Shown here: one piece after another, positions 48,135-58,357 of the stretch | How the letters are laid out: each line of letters begins with the position of its first letter | Numbering within the stretch: the first letter of the stretch is position 1 | Assembly: GCA_965213705.1 (NCBI GenBank) | Contig: OZ243913.1 | Location: 2,080,001-2,144,000 of the forward strand | Source: Trueperaceae bacterium | Lineage (GTDB): Bacteria > Deinococcota > Deinococci > Deinococcales > Trueperaceae | Reading direction: 5' to 3' | Length of the DNA stretch: 64,000 bases | Notes under the pieces: generated by a model | What the model was told of the DNA's origin: nothing | Databases searched by the model: none | Seen by the model: only the letters and a program-made list of their open reading frames with translations | Program-made: the position numbers and the translations under genes

Positions 48135-48413
48135 AGTCGCCCGCCCAAACGTAGGGGTTCGACTTCGCTCGAGCTGAATGGTATTCGACGTGCGGACAAA
48201 ACGCCCTGAAAAGCCGCCGAGTCTTTTGTCCTAGCCGGCCTGCAGCTTGAGCGCCTGGCCTAACAAGCAGGTATAAAGTTTGACAGCAGGTGTAAAACCC
48301 GACTTCCCGTGGTCCGCACCAACCGAGCCGCCGCACGACCGGTCACCACCCTGCGAACTTGTGCAGGAGTACCGCCCCGGATGGAAACCTGGTTCAAGTC
48401 GACGAAAAAGCCG

Positions 48414-49523
48414 TCAAGCCAGCAGCGTCGCGCTGAAAGTCGGCCAGCTCAGGGTGACCCGTTCGCCGGGCCGGCGCATGGTGCCGAAACCCTGGCTGAG
48501 GTTCTGCACGCGCACGTTCACCGTGACACCCCGCGACACCACCCGGTAGAGCGTGTCGGTGCCGATGTAGTAGGCCTCGGCAATCTCGCCCTCGAGCCGG
48601 GTCACCCCGTCCGCGGACGACACCCTTTCCTCGGCGGGTTGCAAACTGATTTTCTCGGGCCGTATGGCAATGCTCGCGTCTGCGCCCAGCGCCAAGTCGT
48701 GGCCCTTGAGCCGGGCGACGAGCTTGCGGCCGTCGGGCAGCTCGAGCACGCCCGTGTCGCCGTTTTTACTCGTCAGTTTGCCCTCTAAGAAGTTCGTCTC
48801 GCCTATAAAGTCCGCGACGAAGCGGTTGGCGGGCGCTTCGTAAATCTCGTCGGGCCGGCCGGTCTGCAGCACTTTTCCGGCGCTCATCACCGCGACGCGG
48901 TCGGCCATCGTGATGGCCTCTTCCTGGTCGTGGGTGACGAAAATAAAAGTGATGCCTACCTCGCGCTGCATCTGCTTGAGTTCGAACTGCATCGTTTTAC
49001 GCAGCTTGAGGTCGAGCGCGCCCAAAGGCTCGTCCAGCAAGAGCACGGCCGGACGGTTGACGAGGGCCCTCGCGAGGGCGACCCGTTGCCGCTGCCCGCC
49101 GGAAAGTTGGTTGGGTTTACGCTCGGCGACCTGCGGAAGTTGCACCAACGCGAGCGCGTCCACGGCGCGCTGTTTCGCCTCCGCAGTGGGCACCTTCGCC
49201 ATTCTCAAGCCGAACATCACGTTTTGCAGCACGCTCATGTGCGGGAACAGCGCGTAGTCTTGAAACACCGTGTTGACCGGCCGGTGAAACGAGGGTACGC
49301 CCTGCACCGCCCGTCCGCGGATAAGGACCGAACCCGCGGTGGGCTGCTCGAACCCCGCGATGGTGCGCAGCGTCGTCGTCTTGCCGCAGCCCGACGGGCC
49401 GAGCAGCGCGAAGAACTCGCCGTCCGCAATGCTCAACGACACGTCGTCGATGGCGCGTACCGTCGCGCCGCCGGAAGTGAATTTCTTGACGACGTTTCTA
49501 AGCTCGACCGAAGGTGTGCTCAT
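48414..49523 (-). CDS. potA: Polyamine ABC transporter ATP-binding protein
   Basis: GPSGCGKTT, RPVNTVFQDYALFPH, LSGGQRQR, TOBE tail; TAAGCT 6 nt before ATG at 49523. Confidence 0.88.
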   Translation of the reverse strand: MSTPSVELRNVVKKFTSGGATVRAIDDVSLSIADGEFFALLGPSGCGKTTTLRTIAGFEQPTAGSVLIRGRAVQGVPSFHRPVNTVFQDYALFPHMSVLQNVMFGLRMAKVPTAEAKQRAVDALALVQLPQVAERKPNQLSGGQRQRVALARALVNRPAVLLLDEPLGALDLKLRKTMQFELKQMQREVGITFIFVTHDQEEAITMADRVAVMSAGKVLQTGRPDEIYEAPANRFVADFIGETNFLEGKLTSKNGDTGVLELPDGRKLVARLKGHDLALGADASIAIRPEKISLQPAEERVSSADGVTRLEGEIAEAYYIGTDTLYRVVSRGVTVNVRVQNLSQGFGTMRRPGERVTLSWPTFSATLLA

Positions 49524-49585
49524 GTTCACAGCTTAACAAGTTCGTTGAATTTTTTATAAACCCGCTCGGGCCATGCGCGTTAGAG

Positions 49586-49640
49586 TGCAGCCGACCAGGT
49601 TGCAGTCGACCAGGTTGAGTTGACTAGGGTGCAGCCAACA
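49586..49640. repeat. 15-bp degenerate tandem repeat in a divergent promoter region
   Basis: TGCAGCCGACCAGGT, TGCAGTCGACCAGGT, TGAGTTGACTAGGG, TGCAGCCAACA. Confidence 0.7.
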
Positions 49641-49720
49641 CCGGCTTGACATTCTCCTTTTACGATGCTTTAGGGCTGGCAACGCTGCAGGAAAACACAC
49701 AAGGTGTCAAAGGAGAAAAA

Positions 49721-51145
49721 GTGTTCAAAAAGACGGTGGTTTTGGGGTTTCTGTTTTGCTCGAGCCTCGCGCTGTTGGCGGCTTGCGGTCAGCAGGAACC
49801 GGTAACGGGTCTCGAGCCCTCAGCTTTAAACGCGCCCACTTTCAGCAGTGCGGCGGTTGCCCAGCACAGTGACCGCTGTGCCGATGTGAATAAAAACAGT
49901 TTGGAACTGGGTGCCGACCTTATTCAGTACGACTGCCACGGCAAGGCGAACCAGAGATTCACGTTTCACCCGGTCGCGGGCAAAACAAACACCTACGTTC
50001 TCAGAAGTGAGTCGTCAGGCTTGTGCGCGGACGTGTCCCTGTCGCAAAAAGTGAGTGGCGACTACGTCGTTCACCAGTGGAGTTGTCACGCTAAAACCAA
50101 CCAGCAGTTCACGCTGAAAGCCGGCGGCACCAGCAAAGTGTTTTCGCTCGTCGCCGGGCACGACGGCCGTTGCGTGAGCGTGGCGGACGGAAATACCGAC
50201 AACCGTGCCAACCTCGTCGCGCATACTTGCAACGGTGCCAAAAGTCAACTCTGGACGTTGGCAGGGTACGCGGCTGCCGGCGCACCAGCACCCGCACCGG
50301 CACCGACAAGCGTGACGGTCGTCGCGGCGGGCGACATCGCCTGCGACCCGACCGCCGACGCGGGTTACAACGGCGGCGACGGCACCGCGGACCGCTGCCA
50401 CATGAAGGCAACCGCGGCGGTGGCCGAGTCGCTGCGGCCCGACGCCGTCTTGGTGCTTGGCGACCTGCAGTACAACACGGGCGAGTACGAGGAATTTTTG
50501 GAGTCCTACGGTCCCAGCTGGGGGCGGCTCAAGTCCAAAACCTACCCCATTCCGGGTAACCACGAGTACGACACCAAAAACGCCGCCGGGTACTACAAGT
50601 ATTTCGGCAGCCGCGCGGGCGACCCCGCCAAGGGCTACTACAGTTTCGACCTCGGCGACTGGCACGTCGTCGCGCTCAACACCAACTTGGCCTGCAGTGT
50701 GGTGAGCTGCGCGGCGGGCTCGGCCCAGGAGCGCTGGTTGCGCGCGGACCTGGCGGCTACCGACAAAAAGTGCGTCCTGGCGACCATGCACCACCCGCGC
50801 TACAGCTCGGGGCGGCACGGCGGCTATTCAAGCAGCGCTGCGCTGTGGAAAGCCTTAGTCGACGGCGGTGCCGACCTGGTTTTAGCGGGCCACGACCACC
50901 ACTATGAACGCTTCGCGCCGCAGGACGCCTCGGGGCGCAAGGCGAGCGGCGGCTTGCGGCAGTTTATCGTCGGGACCGGGGGCAAGAGCGTCTACGCCGT
51001 GGGCAGCCCGCGGGCGAACAGCGAGAAGATTATCGGCAATACTTACGGCGTCCTCGAGATTAAACTCGGTCAAATTGCTTACGACTGGGCGTTTGTCGAC
51101 GAGGCCGGGAAACGGCTCGACACAGGCACAGCGAGCTGCAACTAG
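49721..51145 (+). CDS. Lipoprotein with ricin-B lectin domain and calcineurin-like metallophosphoesterase
   Basis: Lipobox LAAC; three Cys-containing NQxF/SQLW repeats; AGD, GDLQY, GNHEY, HHP, GHDH; AGGAG RBS. Confidence 0.88.
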   Translation: MFKKTVVLGFLFCSSLALLAACGQQEPVTGLEPSALNAPTFSSAAVAQHSDRCADVNKNSLELGADLIQYDCHGKANQRFTFHPVAGKTNTYVLRSESSGLCADVSLSQKVSGDYVVHQWSCHAKTNQQFTLKAGGTSKVFSLVAGHDGRCVSVADGNTDNRANLVAHTCNGAKSQLWTLAGYAAAGAPAPAPAPTSVTVVAAGDIACDPTADAGYNGGDGTADRCHMKATAAVAESLRPDAVLVLGDLQYNTGEYEEFLESYGPSWGRLKSKTYPIPGNHEYDTKNAAGYYKYFGSRAGDPAKGYYSFDLGDWHVVALNTNLACSVVSCAAGSAQERWLRADLAATDKKCVLATMHHPRYSSGRHGGYSSSAALWKALVDGGADLVLAGHDHHYERFAPQDASGRKASGGLRQFIVGTGGKSVYAVGSPRANSEKIIGNTYGVLEIKLGQIAYDWAFVDEAGKRLDTGTASCN

Positions 51146-51157
51146 ACCGGCAGGGTT

Positions 51158-51205
51158 GAAAAAAGAGGAGGTCGCCGCTTCGAAGCGGCGACCTCCTCTT
51201 TTTTC
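51158..51205. terminator. Bidirectional intrinsic terminator
   Basis: Perfect palindrome AAAAAAGAGGAGGTCGCCGCTTCGAAGCGGCGACCTCCTCTTTTTT between convergent genes. Confidence 0.9.
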
Positions 51206-51316
51206 TCTTTTGGGCTTTTCGAAACTTCGTTAATGTTTCAATCAAAATGTCCAGCTCGTCCTAAGTGTCGCTGTAAAGCATTTTGACTTCAGTGCGAGTC
51301 GCTTCTCATGGCTTTA

Positions 51317-51954
51317 CTACTCCAACGCAAGGTTGACAGACGTGACACCCGCAGTTACAAAATAACCGAGCCAACTCACAATGCCCAGCAGCTTAGCGCC
51401 GTCTTCAACAATAGGCAGAGCCCCGACGGTCAAGAGGTCAATCGCTAAAGACAGCCCAAAAAAGCCTAAAGCCAGGAGAAGGAAAATAAAGCTCGTTCCC
51501 TGGATGAACGTTCTAAACCTGACGATAATGAAAGCCACGGCGAGACCATATCCGGCGAAGAGAACCAGCTCGCTCATCCCGAACAGTTTAGGAAAGATAT
51601 ACTCGTGCATGAGAAAGAAATCGTCTATCAGCAACGCCAGCGTCAGAGCGCCGGTGAAGAGAAAAAAGCGTGCTGCCTCACGCGCTCTCGTGCGCCTCAG
51701 GACGCCAAAGCAGAAAAAACAGACGGCGGCGGTTGCACACCAAAGCAGAGCGCCGAGGTTTGAAATGACACCCTCAAAAGGAGAATCGCCCGCGCTCGCG
51801 GACGGGTCGCGCAAGAACCAGTTTATAGGCAGGCCCAGTCGGTAGCTCGACCACTCTACAATGCCCAGGAGCAGCAGGGCCGGTAGGTAGAGGCTGAGAA
51901 GTGTGGGGAAGGACCGCTTAAGCTGTTTATCGATATTGAGAAAGATACTGGCAT
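51317..51954 (-). CDS. Multi-pass membrane protein; start ATG out of frame
   Basis: Several TM segments with RDP, SNLG, IDDFFLMHE and EDGAK. Frame is open and protein-like up to 51955. Confidence 0.7.
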
Positions 51955-52156
51955 ACTACACAAACGTCATCAAAATGTCAACGATGTCGCAAAAGTATGA
52001 AATCTCACAAAAGTAGGGTTGCGAGACAAGGCATGGTGTAGGTCAAACTCATATCTTTCCTTACCGGTCCAGCCTGTCCTTTTTACTGCATGAGCGCGAG
52101 GTGAGAAAGAGAGCGGACCACGAATACTTCTCGCTATACTCAGAAAATAGCGAACA

Positions 52157-52194
52157 GAAGAAAGGCGACTGCTTCAAAGCAGTCGCCTTTCTTC
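52157..52194 (-). terminator. Intrinsic terminator after potD
   Basis: GAAGAAAGGCGACTGCTT-CA-AAGCAGTCGCCTTTCTTC. Confidence 0.85.
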
Positions 52195-52206
52195 CAAGCT
52201 TCTAAG

Positions 52207-53280
52207 TTACTGGCCGATTTGAATGCGCAACTCGTCCCAGGCGTCGTTGTAAAGCGCTTCGCGCTCGGGGTCTTGCTCGACGAAGAAAAGTCGTTCGCGC
52301 GTCTCCGCCGACGGGTAGATGCCGGGGTCGTTCAAGAGGTCGGCTTCGACAAAGTCGCCCTCGACCGCGGCCCGGTTGGGCGAGCCGTAAGCGGTGTAGT
52401 TCGAGATGTCCGCGCCGACTTGTGGGTCCAGGATGTAGTCGATGAAGGTTTCGGCAAGCGCTTTGTTGGGCGCGCCGACCGGAATCGCTAAGTTGTCAAT
52501 CCAAAAACTCGCGGCGTCTGCGGGAATCACGTAGGCGTAGGTGTCGCAGTCGCACTCGTCCATCACCTGAAAGATGTCGCCGGAATACTCGACCACAACG
52601 TCCGCCTCGCCGCGGACCAGCACTTCTTGGCCGTCGTCCTGGTTGATGTAGGTGACGTTGCCGCCGCGCTCGAGCAAGTAGTCTTTAGCCTCTTGAACCT
52701 TCTCGGGGTCTGCAGTGTTTGGGTCGTAACCGAGCTTGACCAGGGCCACACCCATCATCGAGCGGACGTCCTCCAGCCACGACACCGGCCCGTCGTACTC
52801 GAACACGTCGTCCCAGGTCGTAATTTCCCGGCCGACTTTTTCCGTGTTGTAGCCGATGCCGATGGTGCCCCACTGGTAAGGCACGCTGTAGGTGTTGTCG
52901 GGGTCGAAGTACAGCCCCAAAAAGGTGTCGTCCAGGTTGACGAGGTTGGGGATGTTGGACTTGTCGAGCGGCTCGAGCAAATCCTCGCTGGTCATTAGAA
53001 TCAGCACGGTCGAGGACGGCACCACGATGTCGTAACCGGGGTTGCCCTGGCGGATGCGCGCCAGCATGTCGTCGTCGGTGGGGAAGGTGTCGTACTGAAC
53101 GGTGACGCCGCACAACTCTTCAAAGTTTGGGATGGTGTCCTCGGCGATGTAGGTCGTCCAATTGTAGACGGTGAGGCTTTGGCCCTCGAAACCTTCGGGA
53201 CAAGTCCACGAGGTCGTGGGAGTTTGGGCAAGCGCGGTGGCGAGACACGTTGCAGCGAGGGCTAAAAACAGCTTTTTCAT
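52207..53280 (-). CDS. potD: Spermidine/putrescine-binding protein
   Basis: LTVYNW, GYDIVVPS, PYQWGTIGIGYN, WIDNLAIP. Confidence 0.88.
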   Translation of the reverse strand: MKKLFLALAATCLATALAQTPTTSWTCPEGFEGQSLTVYNWTTYIAEDTIPNFEELCGVTVQYDTFPTDDDMLARIRQGNPGYDIVVPSSTVLILMTSEDLLEPLDKSNIPNLVNLDDTFLGLYFDPDNTYSVPYQWGTIGIGYNTEKVGREITTWDDVFEYDGPVSWLEDVRSMMGVALVKLGYDPNTADPEKVQEAKDYLLERGGNVTYINQDDGQEVLVRGEADVVVEYSGDIFQVMDECDCDTYAYVIPADAASFWIDNLAIPVGAPNKALAETFIDYILDPQVGADISNYTAYGSPNRAAVEGDFVEADLLNDPGIYPSAETRERLFFVEQDPEREALYNDAWDELRIQIGQ

Positions 53281-53417
53281 GCGTCCTCCTTTGAGAAGAA
53301 TGTCACAGGTAAGATACCATTCGGGAGTTTAAGGTGCAACGCGGACCCGTTCACGCGACCTTTAGGGGAGGGCCGCGCCTCGGTAAAAGCGTGACGGCCC
53401 GGTTTTTGGAGGCGAAC

Positions 53418-54275
53418 ATGTCCGGCAGCGAGTCGAAAGTTACCGACCCAACTTATCTTTTGGGCGACCAGTACAAAACGGCCGACAACCTGCGCGCCCG
53501 CATGGCGCTCCACCAGCGCTTCAGCACGAACAAAGAGGACTTTGCACGCTGGGTCTTCGACCATATTGAAGCGCCGGAAAGTGCGCAAGTGCTCGAGCTG
53601 GGCACCGGCCCCGCCAACTTCTGGGTTAAAAACCGCGAGCGGGTTCCGCAAGGCTGGCGGGTCACACTCACGGATTTGTCGCCGGGAATGCTCGAGGAGG
53701 CTAGGAAAGTGACGGAAAACATCGACGCCTCGTTCGCGTACAAACTTGTCGACGCCCAAGCCATCCCTTTTGAAGCCGATACTTTCGACGTCGTCATCGC
53801 CAACCACATGCTCTACCACGTGCCGGACTTGTCCAAGGCCGTCGCCGAGGTTCGCCGCGTCCTCAAACCCGGTGGCACACTTTACGCCGCGACGAACGGT
53901 AAGGGGCACATGCTCGAGCTGTACGACTTTGTGCGCGACCACCTCGCCGACCGTCTACCCGGCGTGAACTTTACGATGGCGGATACCGCAACCTTTCGCT
54001 CAAACTTCGGTTTGGAAAACGGCGGTGCGGTGCTTGCAAGGCAGTTCGACCACGTAAGCTTGGACACGCTACCCAACAACGCCCTCAGCGTCACCGAGGC
54101 CGAGCCGTTTATGGCTTACATTTTGTCGACGCACTCGGTCCAAGCGTCTTTGCCGGAGCCGTCGAAAGCGAAGGCCGCCGCGCTCATCGAAGAGGCGACG
54201 CGAGAAGTCGAAAGGCGGCTCGAGCGTGGCCCCATCCACATCACAAAAGCAACCGGCTTGTTCGTCGCCTTTTAA
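53418..54275 (+). CDS. Class I SAM-dependent methyltransferase
   Basis: LELGTGP, DLSPGM, ANHMLYHVPD, LKPGG; GGAGG RBS. Confidence 0.88.
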   Translation: MSGSESKVTDPTYLLGDQYKTADNLRARMALHQRFSTNKEDFARWVFDHIEAPESAQVLELGTGPANFWVKNRERVPQGWRVTLTDLSPGMLEEARKVTENIDASFAYKLVDAQAIPFEADTFDVVIANHMLYHVPDLSKAVAEVRRVLKPGGTLYAATNGKGHMLELYDFVRDHLADRLPGVNFTMADTATFRSNFGLENGGAVLARQFDHVSLDTLPNNALSVTEAEPFMAYILSTHSVQASLPEPSKAKAAALIEEATREVERRLERGPIHITKATGLFVAF

Positions 54276-54291
54276 AAAGTTGAGTCAAACC

Positions 54292-54340
54292 ACTTTCAAC
54301 TCGGTACTTTGGACTCGGTACTTTTCTCAATCCGGTAGTT
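54292..54340. repeat. Copies of the 14-bp AAGTACCGAGT repeat family (reverse orientation)
   Basis: ACTCGGTACTTT twice at a 14-bp period, upstream of serS. Confidence 0.7.
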
Positions 54341-54380
54341 TAACTACCTCTCGACCCCTATATCAGCTAAGCTAAACCCT

Positions 54381-55652
54381 ATGTTGGACCTCAAGTTTAT
54401 CCGCGAGCAACCCGAAACCGTGCGCCGCGCGATTCGCGCCAAGCAGCTTCACGCCGCCGAAGCCAAGCTCAACCAACTCCTCGTGGTGGACGAAGAGCAC
54501 CGCCTGTTGCGGCAGGACTTGGAGGAAAAACAGGCGCTGCGCAACGCCAGCAGCAAACGCATCGGCGAACTGAAGCGCCGCGGCGAGAGTGCGGACGACC
54601 TCATGCGCGAGATGGGCCAGGTGTCCGAAGAGGTGAAGCGGCTCGAGGACAGGAGTCGCAGCCTGGACGCCGTTTTGCAAGAACTCATGCTCGAGATGCC
54701 CAACCCCCCGCACGAATCGGTCCCTTACGGCGCGAGCGAACACGACAACGTGGTCGTTAGGGAGTGGGGCGAGCGGCGCGCCTTTGAATTTACGCCTAAA
54801 CCCCACTGGGACTTTGCCGTGACACGCGGCTGGATTGACTTCGAGCGGGGTGTCAAGACGACGGGGGCGGGCTTTCCTATTTTTAAAGGTGACGGTGCCA
54901 AGTTGGTGCGCGCCTTGAGAAACTACTTTTTAGATACGCTGGTGGAGCAGGGCTATACCGAACTCGAGCCTCCTCTTATGGTTAACCCCGCGAGCGCTTT
55001 GGCGACCGGGCAGTTACCCGACAAAGAAGGGCAAATGTATGAAGTCACCGACGGTTTTTACCTGGTGCCGACTTCGGAACTGGTGTTGGCCGGGATGCAC
55101 CGGGACGAGATTCTGGATGAAAACGCCTTGCCGCTCAAATACACTGCTTTCAGCCCGTGTTTTCGGCGCGAGGCGGGCAGTTACGGCGCGGACGTGCGCG
55201 GCCTCAACCGCCTGCACCAGTTCGACAAAGTGGAGATGGTGCAGTTCACGCGGCCTGAAAACAGTTATGAAGCGCTTGAGACCATGACCGATGCCTCCGA
55301 AGCCATCCTGGAGAGCCTCGGTTTGACTTACCGCCGTTTGCTCATGTGTACGGGCGACATGGGTTTCACCCAAGCTAAAAAGTACGACATCGAGGTGTGG
55401 AGTCCAGGTCAAGAACGCTGGCTGGAAGTCTCCTCGCTCAGCAACATCACCGACTTTCAAGCACGTCGCCTCAAAACGCGCTACCGACCGGGGGGGCAGG
55501 GCAAGCCTGAATTGGTCCACACGCTGAACGGCAGTGCGATGGGCTTTCCGCGCACGATTGCGGCGCTGCTCGAGAACGGCCAGAACGAGGACGGCAGCGT
55601 CACTTTGCCCGCCGCGCTGCACGGTTATTTCGGGCGGGACCGCTTGGTTTGA
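54381..55652 (+). CDS. serS: Serine--tRNA ligase
   Basis: MLDLKFIRE, PTSE, CFRREAG, RLHQFDKVE, HTLNGS. Confidence 0.97.
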   Translation: MLDLKFIREQPETVRRAIRAKQLHAAEAKLNQLLVVDEEHRLLRQDLEEKQALRNASSKRIGELKRRGESADDLMREMGQVSEEVKRLEDRSRSLDAVLQELMLEMPNPPHESVPYGASEHDNVVVREWGERRAFEFTPKPHWDFAVTRGWIDFERGVKTTGAGFPIFKGDGAKLVRALRNYFLDTLVEQGYTELEPPLMVNPASALATGQLPDKEGQMYEVTDGFYLVPTSELVLAGMHRDEILDENALPLKYTAFSPCFRREAGSYGADVRGLNRLHQFDKVEMVQFTRPENSYEALETMTDASEAILESLGLTYRRLLMCTGDMGFTQAKKYDIEVWSPGQERWLEVSSLSNITDFQARRLKTRYRPGGQGKPELVHTLNGSAMGFPRTIAALLENGQNEDGSVTLPAALHGYFGRDRLV

Positions 55653-55718
55653 GGCTCGAGCCTTCGTAACACCCCTGGACGGTTGCAGTCCGTTCAAAAA
55701 ACGCCTGTTCTCACCTGT

Positions 55719-55955
55719 ATGACGATTGAACTTACTCAAGATGAGGAACGGCTCATTCGAGGGCTCATAGAAACCGGGCGCTACGAAGATGACCGCGCCG
55801 TGCTGAAGCAGTCGCTCAAACTCATTCAGGACTACGAAAGCCGCTTGGCTTACCTCCGCGCCGAAATTCAAAAAGGCGAAGACAGCGGGGACTACCGACC
55901 CTTTGACGTAGAGGACACCATCAGACGGGCGCGGGAGCGGCACGAGCAGCGTTGA
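55719..55955 (+). CDS. parD: ParD-like antitoxin
   Basis: TGRYEDDRAVLKQSLKL...LRAEIQKGEDSG; overlaps the toxin start. Confidence 0.82.
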   Translation: MTIELTQDEERLIRGLIETGRYEDDRAVLKQSLKLIQDYESRLAYLRAEIQKGEDSGDYRPFDVEDTIRRARERHEQR

Positions 55956-56252
55956 CACCGAAAGTAGTTTTTCGCCCAGCGGCAGACGTCGACCTGCTCA
56001 TCCTCTGGGACTTTATCGCCCGTAACAACCCCAATGCTGCTGACAATTATCTTCGCTGGTTGGCGGACAAGTTCGAATTACTGGCAACCCAAACTTTTAT
56101 AGGCAGAGCCCGCGACGACTTGAAGCCCGGCCTGCGCAGTTTCGTGGCGGGAAACCACGTCATTTTTTATCTGCCTAACCCAAGACGGGATTGCTGTCGA
56201 GCGCGTTTTAGAGGGGCGTCAGAACGTAGAGGGCGTTTTTTCAGAAGGGTAA
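55952..56252 (+). pseudogene. parE: ParE/RelE toxin with a one-base insertion
   Basis: PAADVDL...GRARDDLKPGLRSFVAGNHVIFY. Removing one base near 56177 restores TQDGIAVERVLEGRQNVEGVFSEG* (99 aa). Confidence 0.82.
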
Positions 56253-56273
56253 GCGAAAAAGACCATGCGAGCC

Positions 56274-58208
56274 CTACCTGTTCCGCCCGCCCCCCGGTCC
56301 CCAGCGCCCGTGATAGCTCTCAGCCTTGGGTTCGGGCTCGAGCCGCTCGTCGCGCTTTTTGGGCGTGTGGGTCACAGGCTCGTCGTAGCCCTGTAAGTAC
56401 CCCCTGGCCTGAAGGTTGAACATCTGCGCGTAGGTTCCGGCGCGCGCCAGAAGTTCCTCGTGCGAGCCCGTTTCCGCAATCACGCCGTCTTCCAGCACGA
56501 CGATGTGGTCGGCCAGGCGCACGGTGCTGAAACGGTGCGAGATGATGACGGTGATGCGCCCCGCAGCTTGCCGGCGCAACGCTTCGACCACCTCGAACTC
56601 GGCGTTGGCATCGAGCGCGGCGGTGGGCTCGTCGAAAATCAAGACCGAGCCGCCCCGGAAGTACAGCCGCGCCAGCGCCACGCGCTGCCACTGCCCGCCG
56701 GAGAGTTGCCGCCCGCCCTCGAACCAGCGGCCGAGCTGGTTGTCGTAACCTTCGGGCAACGCCTCGATAAACTCGGACGCCCCAGCTTGAGCGCTCGCCG
56801 TCCGGACCGCCTCGTCCTCCGAACCTTCGCTGCGGCCCAAGGCCACGTTTTCGCGCACCGACATCTGGTACTGCCCGAAGTCCTGAAAGATGATGCTCAT
56901 TTCCTCGCGTAGGCTGCGCGGGCTGAAGCGCGTCGCGTCTTGCCCGTTGACGAGAATCACGCCCGAAGTCGGTTCGTAGAGCCGCGTCAGCAGTTTCACG
57001 AGCGTCGTCTTGCCCGCGCCGTTTTCGCCGACCAGGGCGAGCGCCTGCCCCCGTTCGACCCGGAACGACACGTCGCGCAACACGTCGGCGTCGGTCAGCG
57101 GGTAGCGAAAACTCACCCCCTGAAACTCGATGGTGTCAACCGGACCCTGCCAGGTCTCGCCCACGTCCAGGTCGCGGCTCGGCAACTCCAAAAACTCGAA
57201 CAGGTTGCGCATGTAGAGGAGGTTCTGGTAGATTCCCGTAAAACCAGACAGCAGGTTGGAAAACTGCCCCTGCAACTGCGCGATGCCCTGCACAAAGAGC
57301 GAAAAGTCGCCGACCGTGAGGAGCCCCTGCGCCGCGCGCCTCAACACGACAAGCGTCGCCGCGCCGATGAGTCCCGCCGAAAAGAGCGAAGCGCCCAAAC
57401 CCCAGGCACTGCGCCGCCGGATGAGCGACACGAGTTGGCCGCGGAACTTTTCGTAGTAAGTTTGCCAGCGCGTGAGGAGGTAGTTCTCAAAACCGAACAG
57501 CCGCACCTCTTTGATAGCGCCGTCGTTGGTGAGGAGGTAGCCGAGGTAGTTTTGTACGCGGGCGTCCGCCGCTTGCCGCCTCAGCATCCTATAACCTTGC
57601 GTGCCGAACCGGCTCGTCACCCACACGCCCGGCACTGCCGCGGCCAAGACCAGCGGCACCACGCTCGCCCCGAGCTGCGCCATGAGCGCGCTCACCGAAG
57701 CCAGGGTGATGACCGACTGGAGCAATGTGATGATTTGCGTGAACACGCCCAGGGGCCGCGAGCCCACCTCGCGGTAGGCGTTTTGCAGCGCGTCATAGGT
57801 GCCGGCGTCCTCGAACTGGGACAGCTCGAGCTGAGACGCTTTGCTCAAAATCCGCCGACTGATGCTGTTCTGCAGCCGGTCGCCCAAGAGTTCGCGGTTG
57901 GCGCCTTGCACGGTCGAGAGGAGGCTCGAGAACGCCCCCACCCCGACCTGGAGCAGCAACAGCCCGAGCAGCCGCCCGAACGCTTGGTCCACGCTGCCGA
58001 GCTGCCCGCTTACCGCCGCGGCGACCGCGTCGAACAGCAGTTTGCTTATCCACAGAGACGCCGCCGGGACGAAAGCTTGCACCAGGCTCAGCGCCGCAAT
58101 CAGGACTGTTTGCACCCGGCTCGCGTCCCAGACGAGCGAGAGCGTCGCGCGGAAGTCGCGCAGGTAGACGCGCCAGTTTTGCAGGGTCACGGCCTTGTCT
58201 GCGGTCAC
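56274..58208 (-). CDS. ABC exporter, fused TMD-NBD
   Basis: TM region, GENGAGKTT, LSGGQWQR, DEPT, ISHR. Confidence 0.93.
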   Translation of the reverse strand: MTADKAVTLQNWRVYLRDFRATLSLVWDASRVQTVLIAALSLVQAFVPAASLWISKLLFDAVAAAVSGQLGSVDQAFGRLLGLLLLQVGVGAFSSLLSTVQGANRELLGDRLQNSISRRILSKASQLELSQFEDAGTYDALQNAYREVGSRPLGVFTQIITLLQSVITLASVSALMAQLGASVVPLVLAAAVPGVWVTSRFGTQGYRMLRRQAADARVQNYLGYLLTNDGAIKEVRLFGFENYLLTRWQTYYEKFRGQLVSLIRRRSAWGLGASLFSAGLIGAATLVVLRRAAQGLLTVGDFSLFVQGIAQLQGQFSNLLSGFTGIYQNLLYMRNLFEFLELPSRDLDVGETWQGPVDTIEFQGVSFRYPLTDADVLRDVSFRVERGQALALVGENGAGKTTLVKLLTRLYEPTSGVILVNGQDATRFSPRSLREEMSIIFQDFGQYQMSVRENVALGRSEGSEDEAVRTASAQAGASEFIEALPEGYDNQLGRWFEGGRQLSGGQWQRVALARLYFRGGSVLIFDEPTAALDANAEFEVVEALRRQAAGRITVIISHRFSTVRLADHIVVLEDGVIAETGSHEELLARAGTYAQMFNLQARGYLQGYDEPVTHTPKKRDERLEPEPKAESYHGRWGPGGGRNR

Positions 58209-58357
58209 GTCGTCACGGGGTTAAAGCCCGAGTAGGAGAGACAGGAAGTGGGGGAGAAAATTCTTAGTTGTTGATTGTTAATTTTTAGACTAAAAACCAA
58301 CAACCGACAACCCACAACCCTCTTTTTACTTTCCACTCGGTCCTCGGTACTTTCTCT

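Noticed and set aside
48135..48413. ncRNA or riboswitch in the convergent spacer
   Set aside because: No recognisable consensus or strong stem by eye; an Rfam scan would be needed.
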